From sequence record DRR723986_5034: a stretch of 64,000 bases of DNA; one strand, written 5' to 3'. The notes below the pieces were generated by a model. That model was not told the DNA's origin. It saw only the letters and a list, made by a program, of their open reading frames with translations, and ran no database searches. A program made the position numbers and the translations under genes. Within the stretch, counting starts at the first letter, position 1. Every line of letters begins with the position of its first letter. This document shows, one piece after another, positions 22,472 to 32,013 of this stretch.

Positions 22472-23473
22472 TTATACCCAAACTGACACCACGCGCTCAA
22501 CCGTCCAAAACCCGGCAACCAAGCCAGCGGCGTTAACGGCCAGCTTAATTGGCAGATCATATGAAGGCGCTTCTCGTATCGCTTGCACAACAAGCTGGCC
22601 CAGTTTTACCAGTATCAGCACAACAATGATGAAAAGAATTTGGCCTATCTCAACACCTAAATTGAAAAAGGCCAATGCCTGGAGCTTGAAGGTGTAAGGT
22701 AAGCCTATCTCAGCCAAAGCCCCGCCAAAACCAAAACCATGCAACAGGCCAAAACAACTTGCGATTACGATGGGGTATTTAACGGCGAGAGCGTCTTTTC
22801 TGTCTGCGCGTTTTTCTGCGGCCAATAAAACAATGCTAAACGCAATAAGCGGTTCAATAAAACTTGGCGACAAGGACACACCGTAAAGCGCTGTTAAGCC
22901 AAGCGTTATGGAATGGCCAACCGTAAAGCCTGTAACGGCCCAGAAAATACGGCCAATTTTACCCACCAATAGCATGAGGCAAAAAACGAATAATAGGTGG
23001 TCAAAACCCTCTAAAATATGCGTGAAACCACCAACACCGTATGTCTGAGCCACGGTTATGAAGTCAGCTTGTGCAGGCAACTCAATAGTACGGTCAGACG
23101 GGGGGGCCAGAAAACTATGGCTGTTGCCGTTAAACTCATTGAACAAAACTAGCGTGGACAAAACCGGGTTAGCCCCAACATATTTTAGGTCTATTGCGGT
23201 TGGCCTGTCAGGCTCTGAACAGCGATACATCCGGCGACCGACGAAAGACGCGACCGTCACTTCCGATACCTCTACGCACCCCATGCCAACAAGGTTAACC
23301 ACTGGGATTTCATTTTGCAGCAGAACAGGTGGTATTTTCCATCGCACCGCAAATATACCGGCATCTTCCTCGTTAATTTCCACATAAATAGGCCGCCCTT
23401 CATGGGCGGAAACCTGCATTGTAGCAGCCCAGTTAAAAGCCAAAATTATCAAAAATGGTATTAAACGGAACAT
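22472..23473 (-). CDS. HupE/UreJ-family membrane protein with N-terminal periplasmic domain
   Basis: Signal peptide followed by AHE. GFTHILEGFDHLLF, FTVGHSITL, FGLLHGFGF, FNLGVEIGQ. Confidence 0.88.
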   Translation of the reverse strand: MFRLIPFLIILAFNWAATMQVSAHEGRPIYVEINEEDAGIFAVRWKIPPVLLQNEIPVVNLVGMGCVEVSEVTVASFVGRRMYRCSEPDRPTAIDLKYVGANPVLSTLVLFNEFNGNSHSFLAPPSDRTIELPAQADFITVAQTYGVGGFTHILEGFDHLLFVFCLMLLVGKIGRIFWAVTGFTVGHSITLGLTALYGVSLSPSFIEPLIAFSIVLLAAEKRADRKDALAVKYPIVIASCFGLLHGFGFGGALAEIGLPYTFKLQALAFFNLGVEIGQILFIIVVLILVKLGQLVVQAIREAPSYDLPIKLAVNAAGLVAGFWTVERVVSVWV

Positions 23474-23475
23474 AA

Positions 23476-24369
23476 TCAGCGTGCCTCAGCGGCTTCTGAT
23501 GGTTGTAAAATCACTGTATAATTCTCAGCGACACGCTGATATGCAGCAAGCCTTGCCGCATCCAATCGGTCACGTTCCATGTCAGCCAAAACCTGATCCG
23601 CTACAGCTTCCAAAGGCAGTGTTTGTGCTGGTTGCGTATCGCGCATCATCACCAAATGGAAACCATACTTAGACTGAAACGGCCCAACCCAAGTGGCAGA
23701 TGGTTCAATTGCGAAAATTTGTTCGGCCATCTCGGAGCCAAAGTGGTCGGTAATTAATCTGTCTGAGCGCTCCACATAGTTTCGGAGAAAAAAGAAGCGG
23801 TCGCCGTATTGACCTGCTTGCTCAAATGAAACTTGTACAGCATTCAGTTCAGTAAGTGCTGCCTCAGCATCGCGCTTTGCCACTTCAGCGCCGCGATCTC
23901 GGCCGTTAAAGAAAACATGGGTAAAGGTCGCCTGCTTGGGCTGAACATAACGGTCGCTATTGTCGGTGTAATAGGCTTCAACAGTCGCCTCGGTTATTTG
24001 ACCTTTTTTACCGCCAAAGCCTTGAAATATAAAATCCATCTTCTGGATCAATCGCTGGCGAATAACGTCGTCATTTTGATCAAGACCAAGCGAAACGGCT
24101 TCGCGCACCATAATTTCATCGCGGACATATTCAGTCACCAGCCGAGCACGACCAACTTCATCAAGGGAGGAAAGCAGCAATTGCGCCTGCTCGGTGTCAA
24201 ATGCCTTGTCCTGATACTGAAGATACAAAAGCAATGCTGGATCATCCACTATCACAAGATAGTCGTTGTCCCCCTCATTCTCGTTTGGTCCAAACGCGGC
24301 GAGAGCCATATAAAACAAAGCACCGCCAATTAAAAATTGAATAAGTGGTTGCCTGATAAAATGCGCCAT
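23476..24369 (-). CDS. Membrane-anchored PpiC/rotamase-type peptidyl-prolyl isomerase
   Basis: N-terminal TM (RQPLIQFLIGGALF), EAVSLGLDQNDDVIRQRL, FTHVFF, WVGPFQSKYGFHLV. Start moved to ATG 24369. Confidence 0.82.
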   Translation of the reverse strand: MAHFIRQPLIQFLIGGALFYMALAAFGPNENEGDNDYLVIVDDPALLLYLQYQDKAFDTEQAQLLLSSLDEVGRARLVTEYVRDEIMVREAVSLGLDQNDDVIRQRLIQKMDFIFQGFGGKKGQITEATVEAYYTDNSDRYVQPKQATFTHVFFNGRDRGAEVAKRDAEAALTELNAVQVSFEQAGQYGDRFFFLRNYVERSDRLITDHFGSEMAEQIFAIEPSATWVGPFQSKYGFHLVMMRDTQPAQTLPLEAVADQVLADMERDRLDAARLAAYQRVAENYTVILQPSEAAEAR

Positions 24370-24400
24370 CAACCCAATTCCTTTAGAAAATACCAGCCTG

Positions 24401-26284
24401 TTACGGCGTATACCAGATCGGCGATGTATACGCACGCTCCTGTTGCACGGCGGGGCCTTCTTTTGGTGGCTCAATTTGCAAAGCAATGGCATCCAACAAA
24501 GAATGGCGCGCCGTGGGTACCTGCAAAACCCGCACATAATAGAATGCCCGCTGGTTGGCATTGAAGTCTGGGTCTTGCCAAACGGTTACCAACTCAGGCG
24601 CGCCTCCGTCAGATGTTAGCTTGCCTGTTTTACGGTCTACCGTGTCTGCAATAGGAGATATTTTGCCGTCAGCACTAACTGGTCTGCCATCTGACCAAGC
24701 GACATTATAAATACGCTCATGAGATTGGCCTGCTTCATCAACCCAGCCTTTGATCACCTGAACTCTATCTAGGTTTACACCCACAGGGTCTTTCACCGCC
24801 TGAATAATAAAACTGGGTGCAGAGACATTGTCAGAAGGCCGCGTGAGATCACCGCCCATAGGCACGCCATACTGATACCCAATTTCTGCAATATTCGTCA
24901 TGCGGTCATTCAGGCCTGAGAAATCCCAGCCACCAAAAATCCGCACTTTCATGCGCGGGCCTGTGGTGCCGTATACTTCTTTACGCTTGAAGGCGGCAAA
25001 AATGGCGTCGCGGGTATTGTCTTCAGCCCAAACTGCCGCTAAACCCTGGGCCGCCATATTCCAGCCTGTCACGGCGCGGCGCCCAATACCAAAATCTGCT
25101 TTGGTTTCGGGCGTGCTATCGCGGGCCATTTTACCCCAGAAGTTATCTTCGTCGGCAGAGGCAAGGCCGCTGTGGCTGTCAGTGGAGCCAATAACACCAA
25201 ACTTGTAGGGGTTGGCCCCCACTTTTTCTTCAATTTCCAAACCTGTTCTCAAGGCGGATCGAACAAAGTCACCTTTACCAACCTTATATTCATAACCACC
25301 GTCCGTTTTCTGAATGTAAAAGCTATATTGCTCGAAATCAGCAAACTCATCATCGGGCGAAAGGCTGGGGTGCGTTTCAGAATCACCCTTGATTTGGGTT
25401 ATTTCCGTGACGGGCTCCCAAAAATTACGCGTACGGGCATAGTCTGCGGTTATGGGCTCGCCTTTAAGCGTGGTTTCTTGAAACATATAGCCCTTGGAAA
25501 TATTAGAGTTGTGTGGGATTGCCAGAAATTCTGCCCCGGTTTTTTCAGAGGTTTCGTCAAGCCAGGCCCACAGGTCTTGCGGATATTGGCTATCGTCAGA
25601 GCCATAAGGTTGGTAACGCTTGGATATCTCGCCGCCATTTGGCGACATTACAACCCGATGCAAATTCGCACCTGTGGGGATGGAACTCCATTCCCAGCCG
25701 ACAAAACTAGTAAACTTCCCCGGTTCATTATGCCGTTCTGCAGCATCAATAATTTCATCCCAAGCGATCTTCTCCATTGCATTGGTATCACCGAGTGCTC
25801 TTGTCGCCACCGGCCCATTAGGGTCTGCAACCGGATCACTGCCCGGGTTTACCGCGCTACTGGGTAAAAGGTTTAGAAACAATTCGCCTGCGGTACCGTC
25901 TTCCAGTTTCGAATTTAAAACCCGAATAGAAAACCAGCGCTTTACACCATCCCACCAGCCCAGTTCGGGTAACTCCGGGTCACCCAAGTGAATAGCCCGT
26001 ATCACGCCCATCAGTTCGGCATGGTCTGCCACCACAAGAAAATCAAGTGGACGGTCCAGTTGCACGCGAGCGCGGTTATAGGGGTGGATAACGGGTTGGC
26101 CTTTGGCCCAGCGATAAGCAGTGTCAGGGTCAGCACTTTTGTTACCGTTCATGAATGCGTCAAAGGAGTAGGAAGTATGTAGGTGAGTGTCACCCCAATA
26201 TAGGTTGGTTGGCTCTGCTTGGGCGAGCGCCGCTTTGCTGGCCAGTACCAAAAAACCAATGCCAATAGTTGAACCTAATTTCAC
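24401..26284 (-). CDS. DUF3604 family secreted protein (PHP-like putative metallohydrolase)
   Basis: YWGDTHLHTSYSFDA, VADHAE, GWEWS, NLHRVV, IPHNSN, QIKGDSE, GSTDSH, YGTTGPR, YYVRVLQVPT, QERAYTSPIWY. GTG start after GGGGAG. Confidence 0.85.
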   Translation of the reverse strand: MKLGSTIGIGFLVLASKAALAQAEPTNLYWGDTHLHTSYSFDAFMNGNKSADPDTAYRWAKGQPVIHPYNRARVQLDRPLDFLVVADHAELMGVIRAIHLGDPELPELGWWDGVKRWFSIRVLNSKLEDGTAGELFLNLLPSSAVNPGSDPVADPNGPVATRALGDTNAMEKIAWDEIIDAAERHNEPGKFTSFVGWEWSSIPTGANLHRVVMSPNGGEISKRYQPYGSDDSQYPQDLWAWLDETSEKTGAEFLAIPHNSNISKGYMFQETTLKGEPITADYARTRNFWEPVTEITQIKGDSETHPSLSPDDEFADFEQYSFYIQKTDGGYEYKVGKGDFVRSALRTGLEIEEKVGANPYKFGVIGSTDSHSGLASADEDNFWGKMARDSTPETKADFGIGRRAVTGWNMAAQGLAAVWAEDNTRDAIFAAFKRKEVYGTTGPRMKVRIFGGWDFSGLNDRMTNIAEIGYQYGVPMGGDLTRPSDNVSAPSFIIQAVKDPVGVNLDRVQVIKGWVDEAGQSHERIYNVAWSDGRPVSADGKISPIADTVDRKTGKLTSDGGAPELVTVWQDPDFNANQRAFYYVRVLQVPTARHSLLDAIALQIEPPKEGPAVQQERAYTSPIWYTP

Positions 26285-26340
26285 CTTAACTCTCCCCATT
26301 CGCAACCTGAGATGATGATGCTTTTATCAACCTATAATTA

Positions 26341-26359
26341 ATGAACTGCATTAGTTCAT
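26341..26359. promoter_or_regulatory. Perfect palindromic operator upstream of the DUF3604 operon
   Basis: ATGAACT-GCATT-AGTTCAT, lying just downstream of a minus-strand TTGACG (26374-26379). Confidence 0.55.
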
Positions 26360-26446
26360 ATTAGAGGGTTAGGCGTCAAGCTTTGCAAGTATATATGGCT
26401 AAGCCATAAGTATAATGGTTAGCCGTCTATAGGGATGTACTGACAC

Positions 26447-26473
26447 AAAAAAAGGCCGTGGCGAGGCCACGGC
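26447..26473 (-). terminator. Rho-independent terminator
   Basis: Minus strand GCCGTGGC-CTC-GCCACGGC-C-TTTTTTT. Confidence 0.85.
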
Positions 26474-26499
26474 AGGAGGTTGATGCTTTTAGAAAGCAC
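26447..26499 (-). ncRNA. Candidate ~53-nt small RNA with exposed anti-SD (CCUCCU)
   Basis: Minus-strand promoter TTGACC-N16-TATTAT (26531-26504), 5' hairpin UGCUUU-CUA-AAAGCA, single-stranded UCAACCUCCU, then the terminator. Confidence 0.5.
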
Positions 26500-26631
26500 G
26501 CCGATAATAACCAGCGAATTATGGGGGTCAACCACAAGGTATAGGCGTCATAAATATTTAAAAAAAATGAAACAAATCAACTGGTTGGCTGGGGATTAAT
26601 TTCACTATAATCCTGTGTTATCTTCAGAAAA

Positions 26632-27159
26632 TTACTGACACCCGATAGCTCCAGCAACAGGCATAGCCGCAGACCAGCCATCTGTCGTGGTTATAGACAT
26701 GCTGCCAGACGGTATTTTCAAACCTTGCTGCAAACTGCGAATTTGCTCCGGGTTCAATTCTATTTTCACCGTAAGATCAGCAACGCTAAAAGTTTGTGCC
26801 TTAAAAAATTGCATGGCGATTTGATCAGTCGCGCTGGTGCGTGTTAACGCAGCCACTTGGTTATCAAAGTGCATAAAAGTTGCACCGCCTGATCGCTGGA
26901 AGAACACCAAGGGCGTGTCCTGTCTTTTAGCCCACAAAAATAAACCACACTCCCCGGCAGGAATTTGCTGAGACGGCATGGGCTTAATACGCACCAAAAC
27001 TTCATCAGAGCCAAGAGGTGAAATGGTGGCAGAAGGTGTTTCTGTCAGGGTAGGCGCGCTGGCGTTTTTACCCGATACGGTGCCACAAGCCGATAGCACC
27101 AAAGGCAGAAAACAAAGCACCAAATATCGAGAATAGAGTATTTTTGTCATTTGCATCAT
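26632..27159 (-). CDS. Hypothetical lipoprotein at end of T2SS operon
   Basis: Lipobox LSAC, two further Cys in the mature part, start overlaps the gspN stop. Confidence 0.75.
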   Translation of the reverse strand: MMQMTKILYSRYLVLCFLPLVLSACGTVSGKNASAPTLTETPSATISPLGSDEVLVRIKPMPSQQIPAGECGLFLWAKRQDTPLVFFQRSGGATFMHFDNQVAALTRTSATDQIAMQFFKAQTFSVADLTVKIELNPEQIRSLQQGLKIPSGSMSITTTDGWSAAMPVAGAIGCQ

Positions 27160-27890
27160 CGCATCGTCACTTCACTGTGCCAGCCATCTTGCTTTTGGGT
27201 AAAACCTAATTCCTGCAGGAACGTTGTTTCAATCTGAGAAATAGCAGCCTGATCTGAAAAACGCAAAACAAGGGACAGGTTCAACAAATTTACAGCATCA
27301 AAGTCGCCCGCACCTGAGAGAACTCCAATGCCCAAATCCTGAGAAAAAGAAACACGCAACTTGCCACCTTGGCACGTTATGTCTGCGATAGTGTCATTCA
27401 CATCACGGCGAATATCCTCAAGTGCATTTTTAATGGCATCAGTCACAAGGCTTGCTTGCGCGCTAACGCACTGGCCCTTCTTATCCCAGGCCAAAACTTC
27501 ACCCTGAACTGTTGCCGTTGAAGTAACAGGCTTTCCGCCCAAATTAACAATTACGCCTTGAGTGAAACTAAAGTTTTCTAGCATCAAAGTATCCGCGACC
27601 GTATAGCTGCCAGCGCCTTTTACACCATCACCCGTTAAACTTACTTCACCGCTGGCTGACCTTGTGAAAACTGAAAAAGGGCTTACAGAAACGGCTATGT
27701 CGCCCAGCGGTCTAGACTGAATTTGAACATTCTTAACTACTGGGTTCCATAGCGTGCCCTCTAATGCGCCGTATGTCATGCCGCTCGGCAGTTGCACCAG
27801 ACGAGGTGCAAGTGATGCCGGCGCAAAAAAAACCAAAGTGCCAACAAACACTAAAAGGCCAAAAGCGAGAAGATACCGCGCTCTTATCAT
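27156..27890 (-). CDS. gspN: T2SS protein N
   Basis: N-terminal TM..FAPASL, GTLWN motif, position after gspM. Confidence 0.78.
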   Translation of the reverse strand: MIRARYLLAFGLLVFVGTLVFFAPASLAPRLVQLPSGMTYGALEGTLWNPVVKNVQIQSRPLGDIAVSVSPFSVFTRSASGEVSLTGDGVKGAGSYTVADTLMLENFSFTQGVIVNLGGKPVTSTATVQGEVLAWDKKGQCVSAQASLVTDAIKNALEDIRRDVNDTIADITCQGGKLRVSFSQDLGIGVLSGAGDFDAVNLLNLSLVLRFSDQAAISQIETTFLQELGFTQKQDGWHSEVTMR

Positions 27891-28372
27891 TGGGTTTCAT
27901 TCATGAATTGTAGTTGCACCCTTAAATTACCCGGAGCAGATGTTTTCTGAATCAGAACATTTTGCGGGCCTATACCCTGCGTTTTAGACAGAGTTTCAAG
28001 CCACTCAAAGAGTTGGGGAGACTGAATTTGCTCAGCCCAAATGGTCAGGGTGCCATCTTCAGACGGCTGTAAGCGGCTTATTTCAACACCGGATGCACGC
28101 GCTGCATTTGACACGGCAAGCCGCAAACTTACAGTTTGCTGCCTATTCGGTTTATTGACACCAGCGACTTCAGCCGCCCTTAATTGACCTGCATATGATT
28201 GAACGATCCGGAATTGCTCAAGCGCGCTTTTGTAGGCGCGTTCACTCTCTGAATGATATAAAGCCAAGGGCCTGATAATCAACAAATACAGCAACGTGAA
28301 AAGCAGCAATATAGCAGCCCCAGAAACTAGGTTTCTTTCCCGCTGTGTTAATGTTTTCCAATATGCCTGCAT
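27887..28372 (-). CDS. gspM: T2SS protein M
   Basis: YWKTLTQRERNLV plus TM, LFEWLETL, operon position. Confidence 0.88.
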   Translation of the reverse strand: MQAYWKTLTQRERNLVSGAAILLLFTLLYLLIIRPLALYHSESERAYKSALEQFRIVQSYAGQLRAAEVAGVNKPNRQQTVSLRLAVSNAARASGVEISRLQPSEDGTLTIWAEQIQSPQLFEWLETLSKTQGIGPQNVLIQKTSAPGNLRVQLQFMNETQ

Positions 28373-29490
28373 CAGCCCGCCCTCACACGTAAATCAGCAA
28401 ATACCCGGCCACCTTCTTGGCGGCTACTGCCTTCAGTAACCTGTAAACCAGCACCGGCTATAATTTCATTGAAGGTTGCTATTTCCGCATAAGATTGAAA
28501 AGAAACTGTCAACAACAATTCACTGTCGCTTGCGTCGTATCTTACCGTTTCAATAGAGGCCGTTGGGTCTGTTTGAACTGCTTGCGCAGCAACTGCAAAA
28601 AGCGAAAAGAACTCTCCACCGCCAGTTTGTTGCTGGGCAACCAAAGCTCTACGCAACTGCGCTTCCATATTAACAATACGCGGTTCATTGGGCAATGCAG
28701 TCCTAAATAGACTTTCAGTTTGAACATAAAGATTTTCTGTTGATTGGTAATTTTGTACTGCTTTATAATAGTGCAAAACAGAATATATAACAACAGCTGA
28801 AAAGGCCAAGTACACCGCTCTCTTCCACCAAATTAATCCGGCAATCCAATTTGTGTTCTGGGCAAAATCTCCGTGCAGAAAATTGCAGCTTCCAATAATC
28901 TTTCGGCCAATTTCTTTATACCAATCTGAAAGCTCTATAGTTTCAGCTTTTGCAAGATCACCAACAATTGCCTCAGCAACATTCTTTTCACTTGTGAAGC
29001 CATCACCCTTTTCAGTTCGCACCACATATCGGTCATGAAGTATGGCAACACGCGCACCAGTTGCTGGCGCCTCCAGCAATACAAAGTCAGGGGTAACAAT
29101 ATCAGGTTTTATTCCCAATAAAGCAGCACTACTTAAAACTTCAGTGAGCGTTTCTTTTTCAATGACACACACAGCGCGTGATTTTTTTGAAGGGTTATAG
29201 TCTCCAAATAAAGCAAGTTGATTTTGCTGACCGCTGGTTGAAATCTTTTCGTCCATCAAGCCCGGCAGTATTTTCAAAAGTTTTATATCGTCTATGTCTG
29301 GCACATTAATTTGGTGCATCGCGGCTAGCCGACCGTCAACCAACAAAACAACCGTTTTGTCTTCGCTAGTTGCAAGAAAGTCTTCCGGGGTAACACCTTT
29401 TAACCACGTGCCTGCATCACCCGAATAGACGTTTGCGGCAGCAATGCTTTTTCGGTTTTCTGTCAATTCAACAATGAGTATGTCGCTCAT
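28372..29490 (-). CDS. gspL: T2SS protein L
   Basis: Cytoplasmic domain with PDFVLL, then TM and periplasmic part with RIVNMEAQL, between gspK and gspM. Confidence 0.85.
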   Translation of the reverse strand: MSDILIVELTENRKSIAAANVYSGDAGTWLKGVTPEDFLATSEDKTVVLLVDGRLAAMHQINVPDIDDIKLLKILPGLMDEKISTSGQQNQLALFGDYNPSKKSRAVCVIEKETLTEVLSSAALLGIKPDIVTPDFVLLEAPATGARVAILHDRYVVRTEKGDGFTSEKNVAEAIVGDLAKAETIELSDWYKEIGRKIIGSCNFLHGDFAQNTNWIAGLIWWKRAVYLAFSAVVIYSVLHYYKAVQNYQSTENLYVQTESLFRTALPNEPRIVNMEAQLRRALVAQQQTGGGEFFSLFAVAAQAVQTDPTASIETVRYDASDSELLLTVSFQSYAEIATFNEIIAGAGLQVTEGSSRQEGGRVFADLRVRAG

Positions 29491-30473
29491 GGCAGCACCC
29501 CACGCTGATGGGAAACCAAACGCGCAACACCCGCATCATCAACCTGAATAACCGAAGTTAAGTAACTAGTTGCATCGAAGTAATTAACCCGAACACGACT
29601 TATAAAACGTTGGCCTTTTGTCGACGTTTGCTTCCTAATGGCTTGCTCAACATCCCGCGATGCCAGGCTTGGCTCCAACCAAAAATCTGCAACATTTTCA
29701 TAGCCTTTGCCCGGCCGCGACAAAATCAATTCAACTGCATCTTCAACACTGAAATTTCCGCCAATAAGCGCAACCAACAAGGGTGCATGGTCAACTGTCA
29801 ATGTGTTGACATTCAGTGCCGAAGGGGCCGTGGTGTCATGATTGCAAAGCAAGGGGTTTAATACCGCCATGACATCAGGCGTGTAGCCCTTCACCAAATA
29901 CAGTTCAGACATATCTGCTATCAAAGCATTTCCAGCCCTATAGGGCCGCGCAAGAGCAGAATAATCATAATCTTCGGCGCCCGAGGGCAATGGTCGTGTA
30001 TCGGTATCAATCCAATCAGTAAGGGCCGCTGAAAGTTGTTCTGCCTGCCTCTCAGAAAACTCTAGCGTCATCATCAAGCGCCTGTAAGTCAAGGCTGCGC
30101 TGGTATTCGCAACATAAGAACCGATATCCCGGCGCTGCACAAGGCTGTTTACATTGAAACAATTGCTGGCATCAGCGATAACACCGTCAATGCGGCCCCC
30201 TTCTATTTCAAACGATACCTGCGTTGGCTCAAGCAACGAAGCGCCTGTACCGGAAAGATTTTCTGCTGCCGCAATCGCCAGCTTCTCGCCGCCAAGCGCA
30301 TAAAAACCGGCTTGATCATACTGCCGCTGCGCGCTGGACCTTTTTATTGAAAAACCAAGCGCTTCAAAAGTTACTGCCGCACCCATCGCCATCACCGAAA
30401 CCAACAATAAAATGGTTACTAAAGCAGCGCCAATATCATTCTGATAACCTGATAATTTCAAATGTTGTTTCAT
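29487..30473 (-). CDS. gspK: T2SS minor pseudopilin K
   Basis: G|AALVTILL cleavage site, CFNVNSL, DWIDTD, GAED..Y, LNVNT. Confidence 0.92.
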   Translation of the reverse strand: MKQHLKLSGYQNDIGAALVTILLLVSVMAMGAAVTFEALGFSIKRSSAQRQYDQAGFYALGGEKLAIAAAENLSGTGASLLEPTQVSFEIEGGRIDGVIADASNCFNVNSLVQRRDIGSYVANTSAALTYRRLMMTLEFSERQAEQLSAALTDWIDTDTRPLPSGAEDYDYSALARPYRAGNALIADMSELYLVKGYTPDVMAVLNPLLCNHDTTAPSALNVNTLTVDHAPLLVALIGGNFSVEDAVELILSRPGKGYENVADFWLEPSLASRDVEQAIRKQTSTKGQRFISRVRVNYFDATSYLTSVIQVDDAGVARLVSHQRGVLP

Positions 30474-31096
30474 GCTGCATTCCCAACAAGAAAAATCATT
30501 GTGACATCATCGCCAGACGCAAAAGCAACGGTAATTTCAGCAAGGCGCGGCAGCCCTTCACTGCTGGGCAGGGTGCCCCACTCCTCAATCCAAATCCCTT
30601 CCGCGAGAAAACGCGCAGAAACACTGCGCACACCGGAAAGTATTTGCTGGTCTACATAGTCAGTGGTGGTAACAACATCCATACGGTCATAGGTGCGCCT
30701 TACCAGCACATCACCAGAAAGCGCATATTCAACGCGCTGCAGTGCAGACATATTACCAAATAATTTAGCGCTTGGGTTACCCCCGCGAACGAACCGCAGA
30801 AATATTCCGTCAAGCATATGGTCGCCCGCTTCGAATGCCGTTAGTGTGCCGCCAAATTCATCGCGCAATGGGCGATCAAAAGCCATGAAAAAATCATCTC
30901 TTATGAACGCTTTGGTTTGGTCAAACGCTGTGATCTGACTATCGGCTTCAGCCAACCTGACATGACTACTTTGATAGCCAGACAAAATCGCCACACCAGA
31001 CGCGCTGACCAACGCAAAAATAAATGTCGCAATAAGCGTTTCCACCAACGAAAAGCCGTTATCCTCCATGAAGTTCTTTTTCAAGCCGCCAATCAT
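30470..31096 (-). CDS. gspJ: T2SS minor pseudopilin J
   Basis: G|FSLVETL prepilin motif, LQRVEY, LPRLAEI. Confidence 0.9.
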   Translation of the reverse strand: MIGGLKKNFMEDNGFSLVETLIATFIFALVSASGVAILSGYQSSHVRLAEADSQITAFDQTKAFIRDDFFMAFDRPLRDEFGGTLTAFEAGDHMLDGIFLRFVRGGNPSAKLFGNMSALQRVEYALSGDVLVRRTYDRMDVVTTTDYVDQQILSGVRSVSARFLAEGIWIEEWGTLPSSEGLPRLAEITVAFASGDDVTMIFLVGNAA

Positions 31097-31097
31097 A

Positions 31098-31505
31098 TCA
31101 TTGGCCTTTTCTAAAACCGGTCAGGCGCGCAAGCTCTCGCCCGCCATTTTCTGCTGTCACGGCAACATCAATGATCAACAAATCGCCATCAGGTGCAGGG
31201 CGCACAGTTTGGCGCCAAACAAAATCAGCACCCATCTGCTGGTCTTGTCCAGACCGCGTCCCCGGCACGGGTGGTGCGACCAAACCCAAAGCCAAATTTA
31301 ACCGGTTTTCGGCAACCACAAAGGCAAGGCTTCGCTGCTCAACAGCACTTGTAAGACTAATTGCCTGGGTTTGGCTTTCCAACAATGTGACCGCCGCCAA
31401 AGACAGGATGGCCACAGCCACCAAAAGCTCAATAAGCGAAAACCCTGCTTCTGGCGCCCTTTCGCGCACTATACTTCGCGCCCTGCGCTTTTGGCATTTA
31501 ACCAT
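31098..31505 (-). CDS. gspI: T2SS minor pseudopilin I
   Basis: G|FSLIELLVAVAI, VAENRL. Confidence 0.9.
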   Translation of the reverse strand: MVKCQKRRARSIVRERAPEAGFSLIELLVAVAILSLAAVTLLESQTQAISLTSAVEQRSLAFVVAENRLNLALGLVAPPVPGTRSGQDQQMGADFVWRQTVRPAPDGDLLIIDVAVTAENGGRELARLTGFRKGQ

Positions 31506-32013
31506 TGTTCACAACCTCGAAAGCACCAAAAGGTTCTGCCGAAATTTCGGCATTTTGACCATCGCCGTTTAACAACAACTTGAATGCAGGGTGCTCCCCC
31601 GTAGGCAGAAACCAAATATGGGGGTTTGTTGTTTGATCGCTGAAATCTATTTGTGCGCTATTTACTGTAAGCACTACCGCAGAAGCATTGGTCCAAGCCT
31701 GGCTGTCCGGCTTTAAGATAGTATTTTCAATTTCCCAACCATTGTCGGTTAGCTTCAAAACATCGAAACCATCAACTGAAAATCTAGCCCCCAATATTTC
31801 ACCCGTCATAACACTCAAGCGCGACAGGGCCGTCATTGCTTTTTCGGTTCGTTCAGCGGATTGCTGTACTGCGGTATCTTTGGTGGGCAAGGTCAGAACA
31901 ACAGCGCTGGTCATCAAACCGACAATAACAAGAACGGTCATCATCTCGATGAGAGAAAAACCAGATTCTGACCTTACACCATTCATGAAATTCTGCCGTC
32001 TACCAATTGCCAA
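31498..32013 (-). CDS. gspH: T2SS minor pseudopilin H
   Basis: G|FSLIEMMTVLVI, PHIWFLPTGE. Confidence 0.88.
   Translation of the reverse strand: MAIGRRQNFMNGVRSESGFSLIEMMTVLVIVGLMTSAVVLTLPTKDTAVQQSAERTEKAMTALSRLSVMTGEILGARFSVDGFDVLKLTDNGWEIENTILKPDSQAWTNASAVVLTVNSAQIDFSDQTTNPHIWFLPTGEHPAFKLLLNGDGQNAEISAEPFGAFEVVNNG

Noticed and set aside
28372-29490. Visibly lower GC in gspL and neighbours as a sign of horizontal transfer
   Set aside because: No integrase, IS, tRNA or flanking repeats, the operon is intact, and gspL/M/N are fast-evolving genes.
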